Of a DNA stretch of 64,000 nt, positions 11,496 to 23,997 are shown piece by piece. This DNA comes from Tubulanus polymorphus. Its lineage: Eukaryota > Animalia > Nemertea. The notes under the pieces are model-generated. The model worked only from the letters and a program-made list of their open reading frames with translations. It was not told where the DNA came from and did not search any database. The translations under genes were made by a program, and so were the position numbers. Position 1 is the stretch's first letter, and the number at the start of each line of letters is the position of its first letter. The stretch is from NCBI RefSeq assembly GCF_964204645.1, contig NC_134025.1:23974299-24038298 (forward strand), in the 5' to 3' direction.

Positions 11496-14400
11496 ATGAT
11501 ACCCCGATTATTTTTAAGAGGTGAGTTTCACTCTCAATTCGATAAATTAATGGAGAAAATCCCCTTTCATTTGGTCAATATATGCGCAATTCAAATCAAA
11601 TGATATTTATTCAATTTTTTTTTCGGAGAACCTATAAATACTCTTTCGGTGTTTTTCTGTGTGTATTGTTAATTTAATCTCTCCTTCGGCCTAATCTTTG
11701 CCACGAATCCAAACATCATAAATTCATGTGCACTGTCAGACATTGATTCCGACTTGGGCCTATTGGAGTTTTTGCTCTTATTGTTGTTGGTTCATTTGTC
11801 CCGAGCTTGTGTATTTGCATGATGAACCCTATAGGCTATATACACACCTTGCTTCAGCAGCTAATTTATATCTTATTTTTTCAGGAGTTTTTTTGTATAA
11901 ATCCGTTGTTACTTCAAATTTAACAGGTAGGCTTAATTCACAGCTCGATTATAATTTTTCATCTTAAACTATCCATGGGTATGGAGAATTGTGATATCAG
12001 TCACGCTAAAAGGTACTGATTAGATAACCTCAAAGGCTGGCCTAGATGTAAGATAAATGAAACAAAAATGATTATTGTGATATACAAAATATAATTGTCT
12101 TATAAAATATAATTGTCTTATAAAAGAAACTTCATAGGCCGATGACAGGCCACCCCGTTCTTTATTGAACAAGGATATTATATTTCTGCAATTGAGCTTG
12201 TGGGAATGTCATCTTTGTCTCAGTATCATTCAAAATCGAGTAGGCCCACCAATTCAAGCATTTACACAATTTTTCTAGTTTTTGATAATGGCCCAAGTGT
12301 GGCTAAGTAGTCTTGAACATACTTGCACTGGATAATGCTTTGATTTCTGTATTGTAGAAAATTGTAATTACTTCTATTCATTGATGTCTATTGTAGACTT
12401 GAATTTCATTTTAAGCAGCGCGAATACTTCAATATGAGAACGAAAGAGTTATTCTCATTAGCAATAACTTCCGTGTGCGTTTAACTGTCGCCTAGCAACG
12501 TGTATCAACTCTATACTCATATATGTGATATGTGATATCGTATTAAACAATAAGATACATGTAACTTAAGGCTTTATCTTAGATCTCTACCTACTCCTCG
12601 ATATCATCTTCAATAGCATAAATATGTGAAAGCGATTGTTCTGTCTATTTGAACAACACTTTTCCGCTGAAATAGAAAAAATTAGTTTTGCTGAGCTACT
12701 TGACTTGAGCTATGGTATTTTCATTGAATTTAAAATTGAACACGAGTTATCTCACAGTAGATGAGAATATAATGGGTTATTACCAGGGGCAGCTCTAGGT
12801 GCAGACTTTGACAGAAGCAGAAAAAAAATGAAAAAGGCAAGAATATTATCCATACAAAGCAAGTATGTGCTCCCATCCAAAGCTCAATGTCCCATCCAAC
12901 ACTCGAGCCTATGTTAATTGCGGAAAATCAATTTCATCATCTGTTTTGCTGTATACGGTCATTTCATGTATGTGCCCATATATCTTTCTAATGAGTATCT
13001 CCATTGGCAATTAAGCCTTTCAGTTTCTTTAGTTCGTTGCCAATTATGGTCATCACGTGAATACTGTTACTTAATTGTTATTGGCTGTAGTAAGATACTC
13101 GGGGGGGGGGAGTGGTTATTCATATTAACCATCAGGGGTATTCTATATATATATATATATTGAGGTGGGAAAATATTTCCTTGCTTAATTCAGAGAATTA
13201 CTGATCACTGTCTGTTTTCAGAGCACAGATTGGTATGTAAGTATAACTAATTTATGTATACTCATTCTAATGAACTGTATTTAGTTATTCTGACCTATGG
13301 AGAAAAATGACCAGTTATAAGTTAGCGCTTAAAATTCTGCAAGGTATTTGATTAGAGAAATGTAAATAGTTTTTAATAGAAAAACTGGTCTTTTTGTCTA
13401 TCGGTAAAATATGCTGTACACTAATACATTTTCGGTAGATAGAAGAGCTATAACTCAAAAAACTTAACTCAATGCTCAAAATGAAGGTAGAGCTAGTATT
13501 AGGTTTACTGAAAAAAGGTTTTCTTATCTTTAAAACTTTTTACAGGTTTCATTAAATGATTTGTTAATAAATGATTATTGATGAATGATTTATTAATAAA
13601 TGAATTTATGTCTAAGCATGTGTATGATGAAAGGATTACGTTTGATGCTAATAACAATGCTACTATTAATGCTTGTAAAGCATGTGAAGGTTTTCAAACG
13701 AGAATAAGACGAATCCCCCTTTGCTTAGACTGGAATGATCTTTCTATTCACAAGAACAAACATATCCATTATAGAATTGAATACCTTAGATCATACCTCA
13801 GACCATAGACGTATAAACTAGATCTAGTTTATACGTCCATGCTCAGACCTTTATGAGCATAGAAATGTCTTTCTCTAGCGTATTGAAGCGGGTTTGTGAC
13901 CAAGTGCTTATACTCTCAATCTCCTTATTCTGTATGGTTGTGGGAAAGGTATCGGTTGCACAACAGCTGCTTTCCTATGCTGGGAAGAGCCCACTCTTGG
14001 AGAATATAATCAATTTCTATTTTTTGGAGTACCACGTATTGAAAACGACAATAAAACACTGATATATGTCATGTATATAAACCAGCTTTTTCACGAGCCA
14101 CCTCTATTGCTCCAATTCCTTTCAGTTCCAGAATAATTTCGTGTAAGAAAGATTGAACTGAAAAATAACCAGTTTGCGATGAACTATATATTTAACTTTT
14201 TCAGCGGGTATATCACAAAACGCTTCAAAACTCCTCCAAAGCCTGATCATGTCGACAGTTCGTCCGGTTGTATTCAGCGGACCGTCGGGAAGTGGAAAAA
14301 GCACCCTAGTCAAAAAACTAATGAAACAATATGACGGACTATTTGCTTTCAGTATTTCACGTGAGTATCTTGATTAGTTTCGTATTAATAATTAAAACTT

Positions 14401-16411
14401 CATTAATAGGCATTGATTAGTAACGTTATCTGTTAGATAATTGATAGCATGCTATACGTGATGTGCCGTCAGTAAGAAATCTGTGTATGGTAATTACGGT
14501 ATTCGTTTTGCGGGGCGAGTTTCATTGATCTGTCTTGATGAAGTATTATCTCTTAATGTTTTTCTAGATACCACTCGAGCACCGAGACCCGGTGAAAAAG
14601 AAGATGTAGGTACGTTAATTAACATGTGTTCTTCGTGCTTGACAAAAAAAAACCAAATACGCAGATTCCCTACGACTACTTATTCCTTTAAAATTCCTTC
14701 TAAATGGAAAATGCTTTTCAAGGTGTTTGAAACTCATTTGATTTGAGCAAAATGCCCAAGACTCCTTTAAAACTTCTTCAATTTTGAGAAATAGGCAATT
14801 TGAAATGTTTGTAGTTGTACAATAAACTATATCTGAAATGATACAGTTGGACCTAGGATTTTTTTTTTACTCAATTAGGTGGTTACCCAATTAGAAACTG
14901 ACTTAAGGTAGTGTGTTAGATAGAAATTTGCTTACAAAGCCACCGGATTAACGGTTTAACGAGATAAACAGTACCAATTTAGGAGGAATTTACTCTAATT
15001 GATAATTTCAAAATGACCTGTATATGATACTGTAATCATTCAGTGTATGAAATGTTGTGAATATGTAATTAATCTTTGTTTCATCACTATTATCTTTAGA
15101 TTATCATTATGTTAAAAGAGAATATATGGAAGCTGCCATTGAGAAAGGAGAGTTCATAGAACATGCTGAATTTTCAGGGAATATGTATGGAACTAGGTAT
15201 TAAATATTGTAGACAGTTATATACCGTATGTACATTCTCCAGTTCTCTCATTTTATCGGGCTGATGAGTTTTCTTAAATTTCTCTTCAGCAAAAAAGCGG
15301 TAGAAGATGTAGCCGCAACTGGTCAAATATGTATATTAGATATAGATATGCAAGGTGTAAAAAATATAAAAAAGACTGATCTAAATCCATTGTATGTATT
15401 CGTGAAGCCTCCAAGTATGGAGAAATTGGTAAGGATTTTCGCTGTTGAATTTATTATCTGAAAATACCCACTAACTCGAATTTACTCGAAATGTATACGG
15501 TAAGGTTATTAACTTTCAAACTCTGGTGGCGATGTGACTTACCCTTTGAAAATCAATATATTTACTATGGCTAGTACTGCAATTAGTACATATCCTAATG
15601 AGGTTTGTGGAATTACTGGTATTATGTATAAGTCGATAGGCTATAGAACAGTAAGCTAACAAGTTCCTCACATGTATCAATCGATAGAACACTATTTACA
15701 CACTGTTGTACTATACTGAGATATATCATTGAATACATCATGTGTTAATGATCGATTTTACTCTGCTGCCAGATTGTAATAAGATCAAGTTTAATTTCTA
15801 CCAGGCTCTAATTACTAGAATGATGCCATATGTCTTGTCTGGCCCAGATTTTTCCTTATCAGATAAGATTCTTGTGTTTTGTTTTGATAAATTTTTCTAA
15901 CAAAATATTGAGTTATTCCTAGAATATTTGAGCTATATTTACTTGTACTAATGGTAGTTCATGTCATTACTCCTTTATAGGAGGAAAGATTGCGTGGCAG
16001 AGGTACAGAATCAGAAGATGCGATACAACTAAGATTATCTAGTGCCAAATCAGAATTAGCTTATTGTAGGTATCAATGAAACATGGCTTCCTTGAAAAAA
16101 GTTTGTCTTACATATGTTTCTATGGTATGCACTGTTCATTTGTACAGCTGAAGAAGTGGGATCATATGACCATATCATCATAAATGACAATCTAGATGAA
16201 GCATTTACTAAACTTGTAGACATCCTAAGACCAGTAAGTATCATATCATGTACCTATATTGGATCCAATAGATGAATTTGAAAAAATGATATTCCAAAAT
16301 ATAGAATAGAAACCTGGTTTGCAATATATGAGAAAACATTTCAGGCAGTGAATGAACATTATTTTGTATTTTCAGTTGATGGATGAAATGATAAAAGCCA
16401 ATCATAATTAA
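11496..16411 (+). CDS. GUK1: Guanylate kinase; core starts at ATG 14249, putative long isoform from ATG 11496
   Basis: [19 protein letters not shown] (P-loop), [77 protein letters not shown]. Exons 11496-11520, 14205-14360, 14568-14609, 15100-15196, 15290-15428, ~15981-16065, ~16148-16233, 16376-16411 (last exon less certain). Confidence 0.93.
12487..12499. promoter_or_regulatory. RFX X-box consensus match in GUK1 intron 1
   Basis: GTCGCCTAGCAAC fits GTNRCC-N0-3-RGYAAC exactly; function unproven. Confidence 0.4.
13804..13841. mobile_element. 38-bp palindromic mini-element with 7-bp target-site duplication
   Basis: CATAGACGTATAAACTAGATCTAGTTTATACGTCCATG is self-complementary except one pair; flanked by CTCAGAC on both sides (13797-13803, 13842-13848). 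Confidence 0.8.
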
Positions 16412-16923
16412 TATCGCATTCATCTAGGGATATTTTAATACTTCCAAATGCCTCCTTCCATGGTTGTTCACGTTTGAATGATGGAAAAAGAAATATTGAT
16501 CAAATCTTCTTTAAAGCTAGTCATGTCTTAGGCAAGTTTGCTATATGCAGGTTGGCAAATTTCAAGGGCAACCTGCAGTTTCGTTGTTATATCATAATTG
16601 TTAATGATTATTGATGTAATCGTGAATCCATGTCAGAGATCTTACTGTCGTGTGTGTAATTTTTGTATGGGACTGTAGCTATTTGTAAATGTATAGTTTA
16701 CCATGATTGAAACAGAAGTTAAGTCTGTGATAAGTAACTCATGTAGTACTAGAAATATATTTACAGAAATATCTCTAATCCCATTGACTTTCTATGTTTT
16801 AAAGAATGTGTTATTTTAGGATCACTATTATACACCCATGTACATACCCTACTTCAATTTATATTATCAGTATTGCTGGGATTTACCCGGTTATTGCGTA
16901 CTTAAAAATCACTGCGGTAGATT

Positions 16924-17063
16924 CCATCCTCCCTTGGCAGGGATTTGAACCCGATTGTATCGCAATCTATGCCACGAAACCCTGTTAGGGGCTAGTGTAG
17001 TATGGTTTCGTACGGTGGCGAGTCTCGATTCCAATAGGTTCAAAACCCTGCTGGGCAAGATGG
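16924..17063. repeat. Long imperfect inverted repeat of two head-to-head tRNA/SINE-like B-box units
   Basis: Left arm CCATC..CTTGGCAGGGATTTGAACC..GCCACGAAACC pairs with right arm GGTTTCG..GTGGC..GGTTCAAAACCCTGCTGGG..GATGG; A-box-like TAGTGTAGTATGG near the loop. Confidence 0.6.
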
Positions 17064-20000
17064 TACATCCAGATAGTGAGGAGGAATTCAGGTCAAAATA
17101 TCTTTATCAAGTTCATCCAGTAGGATGCAGAGGTTACCAGTGATCAAATGTGTGATGGAGACATTTGCCTTTAGTCATAAAATATTAACTAGTGGAAATG
17201 AATAATTGTCCAGATGGAGAATCTGGTTAAATCTTATAAGCTGGATAAATAGCTTTGACTAAGTATCACATTCATGTGCTCAGGGCTTTTGCCATCAATT
17301 TCCTAAACGAAAAAATCAAATGTCATCTCATGTGAATGCAGAAAATTCCACAAAGCCGCCACGTGTTTACTTGTATTACTTTTTATTACGCATTATTCTG
17401 ATACATATTGTATATCTATACGAATGATATGTTATAAACCATATCAAGGAGAATTGATTTAAATGAAACTTATTAAAATGCATCGGCTCATTGAAGATTA
17501 ACTTTCAATCTTATGCAATTATATTTTCACTGCCGTTATTTTTCATGTTAGCTGTTGGCTGGTTGCAGGCAACTTAATCAATAGCAATGTGTGTAAAATT
17601 AAAGAAAATTGTAGACGCAAGCACAGAAAATTGTTGAGGATAATTACTTATTAGTTTCTATGTGAGAGTACCGTATAATAGATTCCAGATAGATTCGAGT
17701 GAGGAATTTACCGCAAGAAACATCATTACGCATTAGTTATGGTAGATTCTACCACTAAAGCCATTTGAGTGCTGGAAGTTGACAAGCAATAAGCATAACT
17801 AATCTGCTGCGGTCAGAATCAGGTGACATTTATTCTGAAGTCAGACCAAATTTGTGGACACTCCTATTGTCTTTGACTATGCTCTAAAAATAATTTTTCT
17901 TCCAGTGGTTGATGGCTGAATATCATAATTGAATTGCAGCTTACCGGTATGAAATATTAATGTCTTATACAATTTTATATATTTGTGACAATGTAGGATA
18001 GATCTCTGAATTGTTAGAAATTGTGAATCTTCCAAGATTCTACTAGCCTAATTGAATGGAATCCATTTGTTTTATAATGTGCTACCACAATCATTTGTTG
18101 GAAATTCTAAAACATTTGTTGCCTGGATTTACCAGTAATGTTTTATTTGAATTTTATGGTGAGTGAACAGTGCAAGATTTTGTCTAAGTTTTGATTCAGT
18201 GGAATTTCAAAATGACAAACTTCAAGGGACCAGAAAATCTGTTAGTTACCAGTTTAGCTGAAAGTTCATTATTAAGTTCAGTGTGAAATTAATTGAATTG
18301 CTATAATAACTTAGGATAAAATTCTAAGTTTGTCATATTTGACTTTCCACTTGAATTGTAGTAATATTTGATGTTACTGTTACATTATCAGTTTGCATTT
18401 TAGGAGAGTTCAATTTACATATCAAGGTACACAATTGAGTCTGGAGGTGAACATCGAGTAAATGAAACGAACAAAAAAATTATGATAGCATTAATGAATT
18501 AATGTATTTGATGTCACTTCTTTTTCTGTGTGGGGCTCACATTTTTCACGATGTTTAAAATTATAACTAGATAAATGTTGACCTCTGGTGTTGTGGCATT
18601 TTAAATATTTGAATAATAAATGAAGTTTATCTAAAATCTGTTGCATTTCTGTTTTTGTGAAAAAACTTTGTATATGCAGTAAGCGATACAACACCTTCTT
18701 CCAAGAGATAAATGGCATCAACATGGGTAGGGAATGAATCCCCTTCTTAGTGAAATTCACTGCTAGAATTTGTGACAAGTCTTTCAATATGTTTCACTCG
18801 CAGGTCATTTTAAAATAAGGCAAATGTCTGGGCTAATTTTTACTGCTTTGCCATTTAAAAAGGGGCACATTCACTACAAATCTATTGCACTGATGGGCTG
18901 CCCTATAAGATAATGGATCCTAAAGCCTAGGGTGAAATCCTCAAATAGAAGGTACTATTCTGTAGCAACAGGACAACAGTTACAGCTGATGTTATGGAAA
19001 GATACATTTTTCTTCTATCCATTCCTAGTAAATGAGAAAAGGAATCATGCTAACACACTTCACTTCCAATATACAAATCATTTATTATTTTTCTTTGGAA
19101 ATATTTAATTTCACTACATTATACATGTAAATTGACAGGCTAAATAGTCATATAAAACGCAAAAATAAAGATCCTTCTTATGGATTTTAAAAATTCTATT
19201 AAAAGCAAGCATGTTCCATGGCAGTGACAAATAACTTAGGATACCATTCCACATTTGCAAATTAGATTTCGCTCTCTAATAACTGACTCCCAGTTATCAT
19301 TTTCAGTTAATCTAATACTCATAGTTGTGGAAATGGGCTAAGAATACTTAAAAACGTCTAAGAATTCCCTTAAAAATTGATATAAATAAAACTAATCATC
19401 AGATTAAATAAATTAATCAAAATTATTAATTAGAGTGAATCTAATCTAAAATGCGAAAACTAGTCGGCCAAGAATAATTCTAACAGCTAAGTATCATGAA
19501 AATTTCGATAACAGTTTTTCTCATCATACTTCTTATCATAATAAAATAAATTGTGTATATATTATTTTCCACGCACCGCATGAATCATCATCACAATCAA
19601 TGTGTCGGTAACATTTGATCACAATTTACAAGTCTAGTATGATAGTAAATTGACACACAAAAATAATTATCAGCAGAATAATTTCATCAACGACTAATTC
19701 ATTCAATTTACGCGAGCATTCGACCAGCAAATTATTCTCACGATATTCACGCTCCACTAAGTCTTAAAACAATCTCACTTTGGTTATGTAATAACAATAT
19801 AGGAGCTCACCTCTACCTAAGATATATAAAACTATATTTACACTATTCATAAGTAGACAAAGGAACGATTGTTATGATAATATATGTACATGTTTGGCAG
19901 TCTAGTAGTCACAGTATTGGAATTGAAATATAGCCACAGCAGTACCAAAAAGACATATCTCGTACAAATTCATATTACAATGTCATATTTTTACATTTAG

Positions 20001-20077
20001 ATTTAATTCCTCTATTCAGAGGACAGCACTAAGACCGACAAAGCACTTTTAGTAGAAAATCCGTCTATAAGTTTGCG

Positions 20078-21685
20078 TTACTTTATTGGGCTACGCGAGA
20101 AGTTTCGACGATATTCTGTGTCCCAGTTAGCGGTCTCGCGGTTCATCAATTCGTCGAATAGATTTTGGGTTCGTTTGCTGACACGCGCCGATGTTTTCGA
20201 GGTGCGATCTTTCTTCTGTTTGAGTTCTTGTCGGCGTTTAGCGGCGCGCAAAGCGTTTGGGTGAACCTACCGCGAAAATAAGGTTAAATTCAATAATCAA
20301 TGCAAATTACAGACTCTCAGAGGCAATAGACTCGAAATGGTCCCGTATATTCGGTCATAAACATCAGGAACGATGAACTTACTTCTACTGGACACCTGAC
20401 GTTGTACGTTTTCTTATCTCCGACCACATATTCCTGATCACCAGCTCCCCACGCAACGAACAACGGCTTCTCATTCTCGATTTCGGTTTTCTTCGATCGA
20501 CTAGGCGGGGCTGTCGAGGGTCTCGCCTTCGGAATTTTCTTGTACAAATACGGTCGTCTAGGCTTCATGGTGACGTGGATTTTCTTCTGCTTGATCTTCT
20601 TCGTTGATTTCGCGACTTCTTTTGGTCTTTCTTCTTCTTCATCTACCTCTGCTGTGTCTTCTTCCACTAAAAACAAATTCAGAATCTCAGTAAACCATTA
20701 ATTTGGTGGTTTTCTGTGCAAAATTTATTTCCTTACACCAACCAAACCCTGCTTCTAATTTGGTAACCGCTTGATCGGCAAAAAAATCCTGTTCCCAAAC
20801 TGTACCGGTTAAAGGCTTAGTTTTCTGTACAATTACAAACATTTATTGCCTATTTCTCAAAGATTGGAGTTTTGGGTATTCTGCTCAAATTAAAGGAGTT
20901 TCAAGCACCTTAAAAGCATTTTCTGTATAGGAGCAGTCTTAAAGGAATCACGAAATGGTAGTGAGCCTGAGTATATACAGGCATTTCTTTAAGCTTTGTA
21001 GCCTTTTAGCTGCTTATTTCACTTTTATACATGTATAATATAAATAGGTCGTGTTTTAATTGAACATAAAATTACTGGTACCAAATTACGAAAATTTTCT
21101 CTTACCATTAAGTTTTTCTACGGGACACAGCCGATATGTATCTTCAGTTTTCTGGACGTGGTCTTCTTCGTTTTTATCTCCAACTTCGTCTTCATTCAAT
21201 TCCAAATTTTCGATACGGAGATCTCCCTCGTCCTCTGGCTCGGAAAAATCATCAACCTGCACAGCTCGTTCGATTACCGGTTTGCATACCAATTTGACTT
21301 CTTCTTGAACTGGCTTCGCGTCTTTTTTCGCGATAACTTTTCCCGCCTTTTTATCTTTTATTTCTTGTTTCTCTTCACGTTTTTCTTCGACTTGCTGTTT
21401 TTGTTTTTCCGCCCAATACTTCTGAAACGCTTTGAACTTCTGAATATGCGGCGGATCGATATACGCTTTACGAGACGAGGCGGGAACTCGCGGTGAAGGA
21501 ATCACGAATTCGGAGCCGGCTTCGCTGCTCGCCGTACTCAGCGTGTCCCAATCGATCGAATGATGTTGATGCTCGACTTGTCGGCGAAACGAACGATAGT
21601 CGTACTTTTGTTCGAAATCTTCGCTTAGATATTTAGTCGGTGATCGTAAGAAAGATCTTCGGTATTCTGATCGCTGGTAAACCAT
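20078..21685 (-). CDS. CCSAP: Centriole, cilia and spindle-associated protein, 3 coding exons
   Basis: N-terminus RSEYRRSF...YDYRSFRRQVEHQHHSIDWD and C-terminus PLFVAWGAGD..GDKKTYNV..VHPNALRAAKRR...WDTEYRRNFS match the recalled conserved CCSAP termini (KSEYMKRY / FALYGWG..KTHNV..IHESALRAK..WMTEYMRCYS). Confidence 0.85.
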
Positions 21686-22001
21686 GATGATTAAGTATAT
21701 TCGGATTATTTAGACGAAACTCGAACTCGCAAACTCGATGAAAAATGGCGACCTGTTCAAAATTAGAAGCGATTAAAGTTCAGTTTTCCTAACCCGAATG
21801 GCTCGAAATGCGGTCAGTCCCGATATAGTAACTATCTCAACAGATCTACTTTTGCTCCAGACTTATTAAAGTTGGTTTTGGCAGTGCCTAATTAGTGCAA
21901 TTAGTGATTTAATTACGAATGAGTACTACTCACTTGATGAGAAACAAACGTTGAGTCGCTGTTGGCACACGTGACCAAGCTTTGAAATTGCCATGTTTAC
22001 A

Positions 22002-22018
22002 CCAGTAGATGGCGCCAC
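22002..22018 (+). promoter_or_regulatory. CTCF-like motif upstream of CCSAP
   Basis: CCAGTAGATGGCGCCAC closely matches the CTCF core consensus; lies in a CpG-rich patch. Confidence 0.5.
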
Positions 22019-22908
22019 TTGACGGCACTGCCTCGAGGATGCGTTTTTAAGCGGCGCGCGGGTGCAACTGACCACTGTCCGATAGCGAAATGGCGAAAAA
22101 AGGAATTATTTTCATTCGTCTGGGAGAAGAAAATCGCAAATAATTTACGAAAAAGAATATTGATTGAAAACGGATTTTCTGTGTAAGGAAAGCTCGACCC
22201 GATGCCCGATTCAGTCTTGCCAGGCGGGCACCACGGCCGGGCACAGCTGCTGAGCAGGGTGTCTCAATGTGTTACCTAAAATTTATAATTGACCATTAAT
22301 CATCAATAATATTAACTAATTTTTGGGAGGTTAGGTTGGTTGACAAAAAGTACATAAGAATGGCCATTTTTCAAGAACAAAAAGCAAGAATTCTCAAAAT
22401 TCTAGCAATAAAACTGCAACTTGAACTGTGCAATGAACTCTTTCGACGCAATAAATTCTTAGGTAGGCCTAAATTATTATAATTAAATTTAGTGTTTTAG
22501 AATTAATGAACTTTTTATTTTATCAGTAATATTCTTAAACTCAAACTGGAATATGTTTTGGACTGTGAACTCTTAACCTTGGTTTTTACAGTTCCCCCCA
22601 TAGCCATTCAAAAAAACGGTAGTGCTCAGCCATGCATGGGTTATCACTGCATTTCAATGTTCCATCCTTGAGCGACATCCAGGTCTACCAACCTTACCAC
22701 CCAAAAAGTTTTCAATTATAGTTTATGAATGATTAATCTTAAGCTTTGGTAACACATTTGCTGAGGTATATCTTTCCTTTCCTCGACATGAACTGAAAAA
22801 ACCTATTTTCCCAAATAAGTGAAGCTGCACCGAAGATCTACTATTAAACAATTAAAACAACTAAACATTAGTCTTTGATAATGTTTGTATTCTATCCGAC
22901 CAAAATGA

Positions 22909-23997
22909 TTAGTAAGTACGGAACATCATAAGTTTAGACGCCTCTTTAGCCCAGAGATTTGGCTGGATTATTGTATCAATGTCTTGTCTTGGCCACACTT
23001 TTGCTACGTGAAAATCGCCCGGTTTATTCAGGACTCTAAAACGTAACTTTTCTACGGACGTACCTTCTCTGTCTAACGCGGTTGCAACAGGGTGTACATT
23101 TTTCATGACACTTCCGTACGAACGATTGGGCCAAGATTTTCTCAAATGGGAAAAATTATCCTGGTTTGTGGAGAGTGCCCATTTGTAGCCCATACCTGGG
23201 TCAGTCGTCTCGGCACCGGGTAGAATCGATGTTTTGGCGCGGTTATACAGAGGTCGAATCGAATAGTGATCAAAAGGCACTTTTGGTGCTTTCGCTTTCT
23301 TGGGTCCGATGTATGGCTCGTCGTAACATAGGTCTTCATCAATAGCATCACCAGTTTTAGAAGCCGAGGTGGCGTTTATATCAGCAGCTACACAAGTTTC
23401 ACCAGTTTGTTTCGTAGAGCTTGATTTGGGGTGCTTAGATTTTGACTGGCCACCTTGCGTTAAGCGTGATGTTGAAGCTGACTTAACGGTTTTTACGCCA
23501 TCGCTTATTTCCCAATCTTCTAATTCGATTTTCGTGAAACTCTTCGGCGCCCGTTTCTTTTTATAACCTCCACTGTCTTCGCTAGAGCTAAATGAAGTCG
23601 AAGACACTTCTGAAATATTTGTATTTGACACATCGCCTGCGATAGCATTTCGGTGGCCCCTCATTCGCTGGAAGTTTCTTTTATTCAAATTCGTCGATCG
23701 AAATAGATTTTTCTGCTGACATTTCGCCGGATTGTCCCATTTGAACAACGACCGATCAGGACGGATACCAGCCTTAAATAACTGCCTTTCAAGAATATCG
23801 AGGCGGACTTTGTCCTTTTCGGTATCTCTGTGTTTCATGCGCGCATCCTGCGGATCTCCACGAAGTTTCATCGATATGCTGTTGACCAAAACGTTTTTAC
23901 GGATGCTCGGAACGCTACCGTTGGCAGCTATTAATGCATCCATGCCGTCCCTACTTCTCCAGGCTGAACTTTCCGAATCTATACTGGTCCTATCCAT
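22909..23997 (-). CDS. Uncharacterised 362-aa basic, Ser-rich protein, single coding exon
   Basis: 1089-nt ORF in AT-rich DNA with elevated GC; in-frame stop a few codons upstream of the ATG; acceptor near 24088 and donor (AAG|GTAAGT) near 24876 suggest a 5'UTR exon. No family recognised. Confidence 0.75.
   Translation of the reverse strand: MDRTSIDSESSAWRSRDGMDALIAANGSVPSIRKNVLVNSISMKLRGDPQDARMKHRDTEKDKVRLDILERQLFKAGIRPDRSLFKWDNPAKCQQKNLFRSTNLNKRNFQRMRGHRNAIAGDVSNTNISEVSSTSFSSSEDSGGYKKKRAPKSFTKIELEDWEISDGVKTVKSASTSRLTQGGQSKSKHPKSSSTKQTGETCVAADINATSASKTGDAIDEDLCYDEPYIGPKKAKAPKVPFDHYSIRPLYNRAKTSILPGAETTDPGMGYKWALSTNQDNFSHLRKSWPNRSYGSVMKNVHPVATALDREGTSVEKLRFRVLNKPGDFHVAKVWPRQDIDTIIQPNLWAKEASKLMMFRTY

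Noticed and set aside
16988-17063. Possible tRNA gene (A-box and B-box-like motifs)
   Set aside because: No acceptor stem or anticodon arm can be formed; treated as a tRNA-derived repeat.
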